Shown here piece by piece: positions 33,916 through 43,340 of a stretch of DNA of 64,000 nucleotides. The translations under genes were made by a program, and so were the position numbers. Location of the stretch: contig JANQJW010000103.1 in the NCBI GenBank assembly GCA_028281445.1, positions 6,488 to 70,487 of the forward strand. The letters run 5' to 3'. Within the stretch, counting starts at the first letter, position 1, and each line of letters opens with the position of its first letter. The notes under the pieces are model-generated. The model searched no databases. It had not been told where the DNA came from and saw only the letters and a program-made list of their open reading frames with translations. This DNA is from Planctomycetota bacterium (lineage in GTDB: Bacteria > Planctomycetota > PLA2 > JAEUHO01).

Positions 33916-36150
33916 CTAGCCGAACTTGTCGTGATGGAGATAGTCGTCGAGGGCGTTTTCGAGCTTCTTCACGACATCTGATGTCAGTACCGCATCCAGC
34001 GACTTGTTGGGATCGTCGGAGCTCAGGGCTTCCCAGATCTTCTTGAAGAGCGTCTTGTACTGCTTCTCCTCCCGGAGCATGTGCATCAGCAACCAGGCCT
34101 GGGAGTAGCTGTAGTGCGGCGTGGCGTAGAACTCTGCGTAGCCCTTCGCCATGAACTCCTTGAGCGGCACGAAGCCCTTGGCCTTGAGCATGCGCAGCGC
34201 GTTGCCATTGGCATCGCCCACGTGGAGCTTGTAGCCGCGGTAGCCGCTGTACTCGTAGTAGACCGCCAGCCCTTCGTTGAACCACGCCGGCATGTAGGGC
34301 AGGCGCTGGTCCAGGTACTGGTGCAGGCCCTCGTGGCGCACCGTCCCCATCATCTCCTTGCGCTGGGGCAGATTCCAGATCACGAGCTGCTTGAGTACCG
34401 TGCTGTAGACGCCCGCCGCCATCTTCGCGCCGCTTCCACCGAGGAACGCCAGGTCGCTCATGTACGACAGGAATCCGTCGCGGCCACTGAAGAGGTAGAC
34501 GCGGAACCGACGCTCCGGCTTGCCCTTGTCGCGCTCGATCGTCCGCTCGTACAGGCGATACATGCGCTCGAGCTCCTTGGTCGTCGCGACGCATGTCTTC
34601 TTGTCGATATCGGAGAGGACGTGATAGTGCTTCGACTTGTGCTCGTAGGTGCGCCGCCACTCAGGCCCGTTGGACGCCTTGAGCAGCGCGCGATGGAGCA
34701 TCTTCATCTCGGGCGTGTTCAACCCGTTGGTGGAGCCCCACCGGGCAACACTCTTCGCCTCTTCCAGCTTGCCGGCGCGCATCAGGTTCGCGCAGATCGA
34801 GCCGAAGAACGCGTCATCCAGCGAGCGCGTCGCGGTGACGCGCGCCATGGCCGCCTTGGCGGCTTCCTTGTCGCCCTTGAGGTGCTGCGCGATCGACTCC
34901 ACCAGGTACGGGGCCAGGAACTCCGGCTCCGCGCGCGTCGCCCGCTGCGCATGCGCGATCGCCTCGTGGAGCTGGTGCTGGTTCAAGTGCGAGATGGCGC
35001 GCAGATAGCCCTTGGAGGCCGCCGGGAGGATCTTCCCTGCGAACGAGTCGATTCGCTGCCGCGCTTCGACGTTCTGCCCTGTCATGAGCAGCAGATAGAC
35101 GGCGGCGTGCATCATCCGCTGCGAGGCCTGCATCGACGGCGGGTACTCGCGAAGCTCAAGCTTCCCGCCGGTCGTCTTTGCGGTCTCGCCCTTCGCGCCT
35201 GTCGCGCCTGGAGTCCCGGACTCGAGCAGCCAAGCGGGCAGGTGGTCCTCCGGTTTGAAGCCTGCGGTGAACTTCTCGCGCTTCCCCTGCTGGATCTTGT
35301 CGATCTGCCCTTGGATCCAGGACGGCTCGATCTTGCCGCTCAGCTCGATCTTGTCGAAGTTCGAGAACGAGAGGCCGAACTGGCCGAAGAGCGTCTTGGG
35401 CTTCTTGTACGGACCGAGCTTGTCCTTGTTGATCCGGACCTCGATCTTGTCCGTGCGGACGTTCAGCTCGACCTTGAACTTGCCGTGGGACGGCTCCCAC
35501 TCGGGCCCGTACAGCTCGTTCTTGTCGTCGCCGTCATAGAAGAGGACGCGGCGCGGCACGTAGTAGCGTGCGTCGCTGGTGTACTTGGTCTGACTCCCGA
35601 GCACGAAGGTCCATAGCTGCGTGCGGCCGGTGTCGGGGTGTTCCTCGTTGCCGAAGATCAGTGCCGGGCTCGTCTCGTGGGACGGGGGGTAGTGCTTGCC
35701 CGTGATCACGATCTTGATGGGGCCGACCGCGCCCGCCTTGTGGACGTAGAACTGGTCCGTCTTGCGCCAGTCCTGCATGGTCTGCGGCGTGTAATAGATC
35801 TTGATCGAGCCGCTCGAGGCCCGGTAGCGCACGAGCTTCCCGCTGACCAGGGTCTTGGGCTTGGGCGGCGGACACGCGGCACCGAAGGCCAGTCGCCTGG
35901 CGAGTGTCTGGATCTCGATCCGGCGCGAGACGACATAGGGCTTCTGCTTGTGGAGTTCCAGGGCACTCTCGAGCTTCCGGATCCCGCTCTTGCACTGCCC
36001 CTTCTTGCAGGACGTGCGTACGTCCTCGAGGGCCTTAAGGAACTCCGGCTCGGTGATCGGGACGGGCGGGTCTTCGGCGTGCACCGAGACGCCGCCTAGA
36101 AGCACGAAGACGAGGCCTAGAACCCAGAACTTCGCGTGGACTACACGCAT
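33916..36150 (-). CDS. secreted DUF1570-like protein with an HExxH motif (putative zinc metallopeptidase-like)
   Basis: The ORF is trimmed to MRVVHAKFWVLGLVFVLLGGVSVHA (signal; CAT 36148-36150). HEGLHQYL and the EGLAVYYE context are typical of DUF1570. The gene is Lys-rich and has visibly lower GC than its neighbours. Confidence 0.7.
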   Translation of the reverse strand: MRVVHAKFWVLGLVFVLLGGVSVHAEDPPVPITEPEFLKALEDVRTSCKKGQCKSGIRKLESALELHKQKPYVVSRRIEIQTLARRLAFGAACPPPKPKTLVSGKLVRYRASSGSIKIYYTPQTMQDWRKTDQFYVHKAGAVGPIKIVITGKHYPPSHETSPALIFGNEEHPDTGRTQLWTFVLGSQTKYTSDARYYVPRRVLFYDGDDKNELYGPEWEPSHGKFKVELNVRTDKIEVRINKDKLGPYKKPKTLFGQFGLSFSNFDKIELSGKIEPSWIQGQIDKIQQGKREKFTAGFKPEDHLPAWLLESGTPGATGAKGETAKTTGGKLELREYPPSMQASQRMMHAAVYLLLMTGQNVEARQRIDSFAGKILPAASKGYLRAISHLNQHQLHEAIAHAQRATRAEPEFLAPYLVESIAQHLKGDKEAAKAAMARVTATRSLDDAFFGSICANLMRAGKLEEAKSVARWGSTNGLNTPEMKMLHRALLKASNGPEWRRTYEHKSKHYHVLSDIDKKTCVATTKELERMYRLYERTIERDKGKPERRFRVYLFSGRDGFLSYMSDLAFLGGSGAKMAAGVYSTVLKQLVIWNLPQRKEMMGTVRHEGLHQYLDQRLPYMPAWFNEGLAVYYEYSGYRGYKLHVGDANGNALRMLKAKGFVPLKEFMAKGYAEFYATPHYSYSQAWLLMHMLREEKQYKTLFKKIWEALSSDDPNKSLDAVLTSDVVKKLENALDDYLHHDKFG

Positions 36151-36293
36151 CACCACCTCGCATGTGACACCCACGAGCATGCTAGCACAGTGCACTGGGT
36201 GCTCCGGACGCCGCGAGATCCGGCGTGCATCCGATCTTGTCGGCGCGGCATCTCGTAGGGTAGGAGCGCAGGTTCGCGCTCCACGGAGCCTGG

Positions 36294-37433
36294 ATGTCCA
36301 AGCCCCTCCCCCATGCCGACCTCGTACAACACGCAGCCTTCCTGCGCCGGCTCGGTCGTCAGCTCCTGCTTGATCGCGAGGCGTCCGCCGATGCGGAGCA
36401 GGACGCGATGGTCGTCGGGCTGGAGCGAGGTCCTCGTGATCCGCGCGCCGCGCGCGGGTGGCTGGCGCAGGTGTTTCGAAACGCAGCGCGTCAGCGATAT
36501 CGCGGACGCACGCGCCGGTCGGCGCGCGAGCACGCGGTCGCCGTACCCGAGGCGCTGGAATCGACGGCAGACGCCGTGGTGCGGCGCGAGGTCATCCGGC
36601 GGGTGGCCCATGCCGTGCTCGCGCTGCCGGAGCCCTACCGCGAAGTCGTCGTGTTGCGCTACTACGAGAACCTGCCGCCGCGCCGCATCGCAGAACGACT
36701 CGATGCCCCCGTCGCGACGGTGAAGAGCCGTCTCGGTCGTGCGCTCGGTCGGCTACGGGAGCGTCTCGACGCTACGGATCGCCAGGGCGCTGCCTCGTGG
36801 CGTACCGGCCTGGCTCCGCTCGCTGGACTCGAGGAGAGTGCGGGCCAGGTCGGCGCGGCTCTCGCGACCGGAGGCGCCATCGTGAAGACGAAGACCCTGA
36901 TCGCAACCACGCTGCTCCTGGTTGCAGGCGGCGGCTACGCCGCGTACTCGCTCGTGGCCGACGAAGGGGAGGTCGCCACGGTCACTGAGTCCGGTGCGCT
37001 CCCCGCGGCGCCGACCGACCGTGCCGACAGTCCGGGGTCCCCGAGTGTTCCGGCCCGTCAGAGCAGCGCGCCTCCACGGCCGCCGCCCCCTGCCGCGCCG
37101 AGGGGATCGGGAACGCCCGGGCCCGTTGCCGGTGCGGCGTCTCCGGCGCATGGCGGCTCGTCGCCGAGCAACGCAGCGATCCTCGACGAGACGCTGGTGT
37201 CGCTGACGATCCGCGACCAGACCGTCACCGACGTCATCAAGACGCTGAGCATCCAGACGGGGAACAACCTGCTGATCTCTCCTCTCGCACGCGAAGCGGG
37301 CGATGCGAGAATCGCCGAGTTGAAGGTAGAGGGCGCGACCCTCCGTACAGCGCTCGACCTCATCCAGACCCTGACCGGTCTCTTCTGGACCCAGTTGGAA
37401 TCGGGCACGGTGGTCTTCCATGCCGACAAGTAG
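36294..37433 (+). CDS. ECF sigma factor fused via a TM helix to a Pro-rich linker and a C-terminal STN (secretin/TonB N-terminal) domain
   Basis: Sigma region 4 (LALPEPYREVVVLRYYENLPPRRIAERLDAPVATVKSRLGRALGRLRERL) is paralogous to the 18400 gene. The TM helix is TKTLIATTLLLVAGGGYAAYSL. The C-terminal LVSLTIRDQTVTDVIKTLSIQTGNNLLISPLAREAGDARIAELKVEGATLRTALDLIQTLTGLFWTQLESGTVVF matches the STN domain pattern of FecR-type regulators and secretins. Confidence 0.75.
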   Translation: MSKPLPHADLVQHAAFLRRLGRQLLLDREASADAEQDAMVVGLERGPRDPRAARGWLAQVFRNAARQRYRGRTRRSAREHAVAVPEALESTADAVVRREVIRRVAHAVLALPEPYREVVVLRYYENLPPRRIAERLDAPVATVKSRLGRALGRLRERLDATDRQGAASWRTGLAPLAGLEESAGQVGAALATGGAIVKTKTLIATTLLLVAGGGYAAYSLVADEGEVATVTESGALPAAPTDRADSPGSPSVPARQSSAPPRPPPPAAPRGSGTPGPVAGAASPAHGGSSPSNAAILDETLVSLTIRDQTVTDVIKTLSIQTGNNLLISPLAREAGDARIAELKVEGATLRTALDLIQTLTGLFWTQLESGTVVFHADK

Positions 37434-37471
37434 GTGACCGGTTTTCGCCTATCCTCCGCGCCGGAGGATCC

Positions 37472-38524
37472 ATGCGCATCGCCCTGGCAGCCCTGTTCGC
37501 GAGCACCTTGCTGGCCGCGTTCCCCGACGCGGCCTGCGCCAAGGATGCTCGCGCGCAAATCCCCGTGCGGCACGCGTACGCACCAGGCACGCGTCTCGTT
37601 CGCGACTGGTGCTGCGGACGGCCTCGGTTCGAGCGCTGCTCGCAGTGCTGGAAGCGCTGGGAGGTGACGCTCGAGCTGGGGCGCTCGCGCTTCCCCCAGC
37701 CGCGCGGGCTGGTCGGCGTGCCCGCGAACAACCCGAACCAGCTCGACTGGGGCGGCCTGCGCTACTGGCGCCCGGGCGCAACGCGCGTCGGCTTGCGCTA
37801 CCGGCTCAACGAACGCGACACGCTGTACCTGCGCGCGGCGGTCAACGGCTACGCGCGAGACCGTGAGACCGTCACAGGCGTCGTCGGGTTCACGAACACG
37901 CCCGGCGGCCCGGTCATGGTCACCCCGTCCAACACGGCGACGGTGAAGCTCGAAGCAGCATCGCAGACCTACGAGCTCGGTTGGTGGCGCACGGTCAACG
38001 CTTGCTGCCCGTGGCGTGTCGAGGCCGGCGCGGCGCTGCGCGTCTTCCACTGGCACGAGCCGTTGGTCGCCACCGGGGCCATGCCGTTCCCCGCCATCGG
38101 CGGCATCCCGGAAGTCCGGTCCCTCGGCCACAACCTGTTCTTCGGCCTGCAGCCCGGCGTCCACGCCGAGCGTATCCTGTCACGGCGCTGGTCCGTGTTC
38201 ACGAAGGGCAAGGCATTCTTCGGCGGCATGGTCCAGGAGCTCGAAGTCCGGGACATGAATCTCTTGAGCCCAGGCGTACACACCGCGAACCAGGACCGGT
38301 TCACCTTCGCCTGGGGCGCCGAGTTCGAGCTCGGCTTCAAGTTCTGGCTCACGTACCGCTGGTCATTCAGCGCCAGCTACAACCTGCTGTTCGTAGACGG
38401 CGTGGTTCGCGGGTTCGACGCACTGGACTTCTCGCAGGCTGCCACCGGCCAGGTCCAGTCGCAGTTCAAGGAGAGCAACCTCCTGCTCCACTTCCTCTAC
38501 GTCGGCGCCGGCTACAAGTTCTAG
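37472..38524 (+). CDS. outer-membrane beta-barrel protein
   Basis: Signal peptide MRIALAALFASTLLAAFPDAACA. Amphipathic beta strands alternate through the body. The C-terminus ends LHFLYVGAGYKF, the aromatic-X-aromatic OMP signature. Confidence 0.65.
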   Translation: MRIALAALFASTLLAAFPDAACAKDARAQIPVRHAYAPGTRLVRDWCCGRPRFERCSQCWKRWEVTLELGRSRFPQPRGLVGVPANNPNQLDWGGLRYWRPGATRVGLRYRLNERDTLYLRAAVNGYARDRETVTGVVGFTNTPGGPVMVTPSNTATVKLEAASQTYELGWWRTVNACCPWRVEAGAALRVFHWHEPLVATGAMPFPAIGGIPEVRSLGHNLFFGLQPGVHAERILSRRWSVFTKGKAFFGGMVQELEVRDMNLLSPGVHTANQDRFTFAWGAEFELGFKFWLTYRWSFSASYNLLFVDGVVRGFDALDFSQAATGQVQSQFKESNLLLHFLYVGAGYKF

Positions 38525-38631
38525 GGCTCGCCCGAGGATCCTCTCGCTGCGGCTCGTGGCGCTCGTGCCCGATGGGCACCGCCGCCGAATGGTCTCCTCG
38601 GGCTCGCGGCCACGCTCTTGTCGGAGCCTAG

Positions 38632-39375
38632 TCAACCCTCACGCGCGCCGTAGATCGAGACGTGGCTCTTGCTCTCGGATGTGAACGGCGTGCGGTCCCA
38701 CCACGCGTAGCGCTCGCGCAGCTCGAGACCCGCGATCCGTGCCATGAGATCGTGCTCCGGCGGGTACGAGTAGCGCATGAAGTGCGGCGACATCTGTGCG
38801 CCCGTCTCCCCCATCACGATTCGCTGGAAGTCGACGGTCTGCGCCACGCGGTCCTGCACGGCGATCTCGAACTTGATCGCGTCCTTCTCCGCCCAGCGCG
38901 CCTTCACTCGCTGCCCATCCACGTACTCGCTGAAGTCCGGCACGACCACCTCGATCAGGAACACGCCCTTCGGACTCAAGTGCCGCGCCGCGTTCTCGAA
39001 GCAGCGGACCTGTGCGTCCTGCGTCGTCAGGTTCCAGATGGTGTTGAACACCAGGTAGACGAGGTCGAACTGCCCCTCGGCGCGTGCGTCGGCCATGTCG
39101 CCGATCGTGACGGGAATCGCCTCGCCGCCCGGCTTCTCGCGCATCTTCGCGACCATGTGCTCCGACGCCTCGATGCCGTGGACCTCGAGACCCGTAGCGG
39201 CCAGGGGCAGCGCGACGCGTCCCGTGCCGATGGCGAACTCGAGCACGCGGCCTCCGGCGGCAAGCGCTGCCAGGAACGCAACCGAGTCACGGGTCTCGCG
39301 CTCCATGCCTTCGCAATAGGCGTCGTAGTCGTCGGCCTTCAGCTCACCGAACGTCTCGGGGTTGTAGTCCTTCAT
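38632..39375 (-). CDS. class I SAM-dependent methyltransferase
   Basis: The track ORF 38632..40230 is trimmed to MKDYNPETFGEL (CAT 39373-39375). The SAM motif is VLEFAIGTGRVALPLA. The start ATG overlaps the stop of the upstream ankyrin gene (ATGA). Confidence 0.8.
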   Translation of the reverse strand: MKDYNPETFGELKADDYDAYCEGMERETRDSVAFLAALAAGGRVLEFAIGTGRVALPLAATGLEVHGIEASEHMVAKMREKPGGEAIPVTIGDMADARAEGQFDLVYLVFNTIWNLTTQDAQVRCFENAARHLSPKGVFLIEVVVPDFSEYVDGQRVKARWAEKDAIKFEIAVQDRVAQTVDFQRIVMGETGAQMSPHFMRYSYPPEHDLMARIAGLELRERYAWWDRTPFTSESKSHVSIYGAREG

Positions 39376-40361
39376 GCCTGGCCCTCGCGCAACAGCGCAG
39401 CCACCTGCGGCGCTTTCATGTACTCGGCCCATCCCAAGGGCGTTCCTTCGTGGGTCTCGTCCTGGATGGACGGATCGGCCCCGCGCTCCAGCAACAGCTT
39501 CGCGACCTCGATCCGGTCCATCCACGCCGCACAGTGCAGCGGCGTCACGCCATGCTGCGCGCCGAACATCGCCGGACGATTGACCTCGGCACCGCGATCG
39601 AGCAGCCAGCGGCTGATCTCCAGCCTTCCCTGACTTGCTACCCAGTGCAACGCCGTTCCACCGTACACATCGGCGTTCACATCCGCACCGCGTGCCTGCA
39701 GCATGGGCAGCACCGCATCGCGGCCATTGCGCGCGGCGTAGCAGAGGGCCTCGTCCAGGATTTCCTGGCGGTCGTCGCTCGCTTGCCACGACGGGAAACC
39801 GGCGTGCGGGCGGTAGTAGGCGCGAGCAGCTCCAGCGCGCTCGTCGAGTGGCCCGTCTTCGGGCACGAGTTCCTCGATCCAATCGGTGCGCCCCAGTCCA
39901 GCCGCTACCCGCAGGTTCCGCGGCGTCACGTCGTGCTTGGCCAAGGCGTCCGCTGCCTCGGCGTGTCCCCAGAACAACGCCTGAAGAAGCGGCGTCCCTC
40001 CTTCGGCGTAGACCTCCGCCTTCGGATCCGCGCCGCGTTGGAGCAACAACTCGGTCAGGGGTACATGGTTCTCGTAGAGCGCCGTATGGAGCGGCGTCCA
40101 GTTCTCCTGGCTCCTGCCGTTCGGGTCGGCGCCCGCGTCGAGCAGATAGCGCACCACCTCGAAGCGCTTGCCGTCCGCATCGTCCGCGATGATCGGCGGA
40201 CGGCTGTAGTCCTGGATCAACAACGCCCACGTCGCACGGTCGAAGATCGAGTGATCCTCGTCGTCACGCTGCTCGAGCAGCGACGGATCCTGTCCAACCA
40301 ACGCCTGCAGGCGTGCCAGGTCGGCGTCGTTGGCAGCATCAACCGCATCGGCGAATCCCAT
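39372..40361 (-). CDS. ankyrin-repeat protein
   Basis: Repeated G(T)TPLH..A......v..LL..GAD units (NGRSQENWTPLHTALYENHVPLTELLLQRGADP; GGTALHWVASQGRLEISRWLLDRGAEVN; GVTPLHCAAWMDRIEVAKLLLERGADPS). It is translationally coupled to the downstream methyltransferase. Confidence 0.85.
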   Translation of the reverse strand: MGFADAVDAANDADLARLQALVGQDPSLLEQRDDEDHSIFDRATWALLIQDYSRPPIIADDADGKRFEVVRYLLDAGADPNGRSQENWTPLHTALYENHVPLTELLLQRGADPKAEVYAEGGTPLLQALFWGHAEAADALAKHDVTPRNLRVAAGLGRTDWIEELVPEDGPLDERAGAARAYYRPHAGFPSWQASDDRQEILDEALCYAARNGRDAVLPMLQARGADVNADVYGGTALHWVASQGRLEISRWLLDRGAEVNRPAMFGAQHGVTPLHCAAWMDRIEVAKLLLERGADPSIQDETHEGTPLGWAEYMKAPQVAALLREGQA

Positions 40362-40396
40362 CGCCGGAGAGTACCCGGCCCGGCTCTGCGCCGCAC

Positions 40397-42925
40397 CTAC
40401 GGTGTCGTGATGATCGTGAACGTCAGCGCGCCCGTGTCGGGCGCGCGATCTGCGACTTCGTCGTTCAGGAACCGGAGCCGCAGCTGCGAGGCGTCCGGCG
40501 CGCGTGCATAGATCTGGGCCAGCGGAATCGCGAGCTCGACCTCGACTGCATTCGTTGCCGGCGCGACGGAGAGGGCGCCCAGATGGCCGTTGTTAAAGAC
40601 GCCCAGCGCCTGCTCGTAGAGATCCGTGCCGAAGACGAGCAGCTCGCTGCCCTCACTCGCGCCGCCGGAGTAGCCGGTTGCGGGATCGTTGTCGACGTCG
40701 ACGAAGATCATCGTGCGCGAAAAGGGGAACGCGGGCGAGCCGTCCAGGTTGAACGCGTTGTCAGAGGTGTAGCGGATGTAGAGGTTCTGCGCGTCGTTGG
40801 CGATCCAGATCCTGCGCCAGTCCGCGCCCGAGGAGTCCGGCACGTCCGCGGGGTCCTCATGGGCCAGCGGAACGCCCAGCCAGTCGGCGAAGGCTCCGTC
40901 GATCGTGATCGTCGCCTGCCCGGTCGGCGCACCGCTGAGGCTCACGGCGTTCTGCTCCTCATTGCCCTTGCTGTCGAAGGCACGGATGCAGAAGTGGTAC
41001 GTCGTGCCATTGGTCAGGCCGTCGAGAGTGAACTCGTTCGCGTAGCCGGACGGGCCGAAGGCACTGGCGTAGTTCGAGGCCGGATTCGCCGTGAGCACGA
41101 CTCGCGTCGCGCTCGAGAGCGTCGGGTCGCCCTGGAAGTCGAGCGGTTGCGTGGCGTAGTAGAGAGCGTAGCCGACACGATGGAGGTCGAGCGCCACATC
41201 CCACCGCACGGTCATGCGCCCCGGTCCCGGAAGGAGCTCCTGGATGCCCACGCGGGGGGTCGGGGCACCCGGCGGCTGCGGGAACGGCCACGCGTTGTCA
41301 TTCCACGTGCTCGTCCATGTCGGGGGCGTGGTGTCGCTCAGATCCGTGTGCATGCGCACGAAGTCATTGGGGAACGCAACGCCGCCATCCGTCAGGTAGT
41401 GACGGAACCCGGCCAGGTCCTGGGTTTCCTGGATGTCGGTGAGCAGCGACGCGAGACCCGTGTCGGAGTGCCCCACGAGGGTCAACACGTCCATCTCCGT
41501 CGCCGGCCCCTCGGCGTAGCCGAGCGAGAGCACCTTGAACCCGTCGGGCCGGTTGGCCTCGGCCATGAGCTTGGGCGCGGTGTTGTACTTGTTGTCCGGG
41601 AAGAAGAGCGGATCGAACTCCTCGAACTCGTTGGAGTTGAGTCGGTAGCTCTCGAGCAGGACGAAGTCCACGGACGCGCGTGTCGTCACGGCGTAGTGCG
41701 GATGGCGCGGGTCGAGCAGGAACAACCCGCGGTTCTGCAGGATGAGCGAGTCGGGATACGTCGTCCGCAGCCGCGCGATGAAGTCCCGGAATCCGCCGGC
41801 CGTCCACTCGAACTCGCTCTGGTTCACGCTCTGCGCGTCCGTGAAGTGATTCGGCGCGCAGGTGTCGATGGTGTCGAGGAAGAGGCCATCGCACGCATAG
41901 CCGCGTCCGGTCGTGGACGTGAGCAGCTCCCCCATGCCCGGCATGCCGTCGATGCCGTCGAAGGTCATCTGGTCGAGCACGTCGAACCAGGCCGGATCCC
42001 CCGCATTCACGAAGCAGCCGCCGAAGATGCCGTTGCGGTCCGGCGAGCCGTCACCGATGTCGTTGGGATCCCGGTCGACGGAGTTGTCGTCCAGGTACCA
42101 CGATGCGAACCCGGTGCCGCCGTTGGACGCGCTGCCAAGCGGGTTCAGGCCGGTGATCGGCTGGCCGTCCGCATTCGGACCGCGGGGATCGACGCGCGGC
42201 CCCGAGGCGTCACCGACGAAGCGCGGATCGGCGAGCAGCGCGTTGTCGTCCATGCCGATCGTACGCAGGTCTTCGCCGACGGAGATGTAGGCCAGGACGA
42301 TCACGTCGTCGGCGGGATCGTCGGGGTCTACACCGTCCTGGATGTCGCGCACCGTGGCGACGGGAACACCACCCGTGAACGGGTGCAGGATGACCAGCTG
42401 GTATGTCTCGGCGAGGCGCGTGGTGTCGTCGTCGAACGCGCCGTAGTGGATGAAGTAGTGATCGACCCGCTGCGCGGCCGCTTGCAGGTTGTCGATGGCC
42501 GGCACCGGGATCTCCATGGACGTACCCGAACCGCCTGCATGCGTCGGCGTCGCGCGCAGGCGCGCGTTGGGGAACGACCGGAAGCCGATATCGGCGACCG
42601 AGTCCCACATGACAGCGTGCGTGCGGCCGTTCGGATCCGCGCTGAAGCCGCCGGGGCGTTCGGGTGCCGTTGCGGGACGCCAGGTGAGACCGCCATCGAC
42701 GCTGACCTCGAGTTGGAGATCGAGCGTGGCGGGTTCGCTTGTCGTCAGGGTGACGGAGAGAGAGACGACGCCCTCGGGATCAGCGGGCAGCGAGAGACCC
42801 GTCACAGCAGCCTGGAGCGGCGGCGGCGGGGTGCCCGCGACCTCGCTACCGGCTCCGCCACAGGCGCCTACAAACAGGACCGCCAAGGCCAGGAAGGCTC
42901 GAGGGGGGCGGGCCGACCAGCGCAT
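40397..42925 (-). CDS. large lipoprotein. It is a putative TIM-barrel polysaccharide hydrolase (GH114/TM1410-like, uncertain) with a C-terminal fibronectin-III-like domain.
   Basis: Lipobox LFVGACGG. The central region reads YFIHYGAFDDDTTRLAETYQLVILHPF...VIVLAYISVGEDL. A C-terminal Fn3-like stretch is present (GTTYHFCIRAFDSKGNEE). The hydrolase family assignment is tentative. Confidence 0.55.
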   Translation of the reverse strand: MRWSARPPRAFLALAVLFVGACGGAGSEVAGTPPPPLQAAVTGLSLPADPEGVVSLSVTLTTSEPATLDLQLEVSVDGGLTWRPATAPERPGGFSADPNGRTHAVMWDSVADIGFRSFPNARLRATPTHAGGSGTSMEIPVPAIDNLQAAAQRVDHYFIHYGAFDDDTTRLAETYQLVILHPFTGGVPVATVRDIQDGVDPDDPADDVIVLAYISVGEDLRTIGMDDNALLADPRFVGDASGPRVDPRGPNADGQPITGLNPLGSASNGGTGFASWYLDDNSVDRDPNDIGDGSPDRNGIFGGCFVNAGDPAWFDVLDQMTFDGIDGMPGMGELLTSTTGRGYACDGLFLDTIDTCAPNHFTDAQSVNQSEFEWTAGGFRDFIARLRTTYPDSLILQNRGLFLLDPRHPHYAVTTRASVDFVLLESYRLNSNEFEEFDPLFFPDNKYNTAPKLMAEANRPDGFKVLSLGYAEGPATEMDVLTLVGHSDTGLASLLTDIQETQDLAGFRHYLTDGGVAFPNDFVRMHTDLSDTTPPTWTSTWNDNAWPFPQPPGAPTPRVGIQELLPGPGRMTVRWDVALDLHRVGYALYYATQPLDFQGDPTLSSATRVVLTANPASNYASAFGPSGYANEFTLDGLTNGTTYHFCIRAFDSKGNEEQNAVSLSGAPTGQATITIDGAFADWLGVPLAHEDPADVPDSSGADWRRIWIANDAQNLYIRYTSDNAFNLDGSPAFPFSRTMIFVDVDNDPATGYSGGASEGSELLVFGTDLYEQALGVFNNGHLGALSVAPATNAVEVELAIPLAQIYARAPDASQLRLRFLNDEVADRAPDTGALTFTIITTP

Positions 42926-42981
42926 CGTTCGGGGTCTATCGACGTCATGTTGGCGCCGGGTTTAGACGTACGCTCTGAACT

Positions 42982-43332
42982 ATGAGCAACCGCCGCGTCT
43001 ATTCCACCGACCACGGGCGCATGTGCCCCGCCTGCAATCGTCTGGTGACGGCGTGCCGCTGCAAGAAGGCCGCCGCCGGCGGTGCACCTGCGGACGGCAT
43101 CGTGCGGGTGTCGCGCTCGACGAAGGGCCGCAAGGGCAAGGGCGTGACGATCATCACGGGCGTTCCTCTGCAGGGAGACGCGCTCAAGAAGTTCGCCAAG
43201 CAGCTCAAGGCCCGGTGCGGCGCCGGCGGTGCCGTCAAGGACGGGACGATCGAGATCCAGGGCGACCACCGCGACGCGCTCGTGCCGACGCTGGAAGCCG
43301 AGGGCTGGACCGTCAAACGCGCGGGAGGCTAG
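42982..43332 (+). CDS. yciH: translation initiation factor SUI1-family protein YciH, with an N-terminal Cys4 (zinc-ribbon-like) insertion
   Basis: It is near-colinear with E. coli YciH: RVYSTDHGR....DGIVRVSRSTKGRKGKGVTIITGV...LKKFAKQLKARCGAGGAVKDGTIEIQGDHRDALVPTLEAEGWTVKRAGG. The extra CPACNRLVTACRC lies between the conserved blocks. Confidence 0.85.
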   Translation: MSNRRVYSTDHGRMCPACNRLVTACRCKKAAAGGAPADGIVRVSRSTKGRKGKGVTIITGVPLQGDALKKFAKQLKARCGAGGAVKDGTIEIQGDHRDALVPTLEAEGWTVKRAGG

Positions 43333-43340
43333 CGCTGGGC

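Noticed and set aside
40313-42985. 890 aa plus-strand ORF 40313..42985 and 353 aa ORF 39450..40511
   Set aside because: They are antisense shadows of the lipoprotein/glycosidase-like gene (40397..42925) and the ankyrin gene. The translations are low-complexity.
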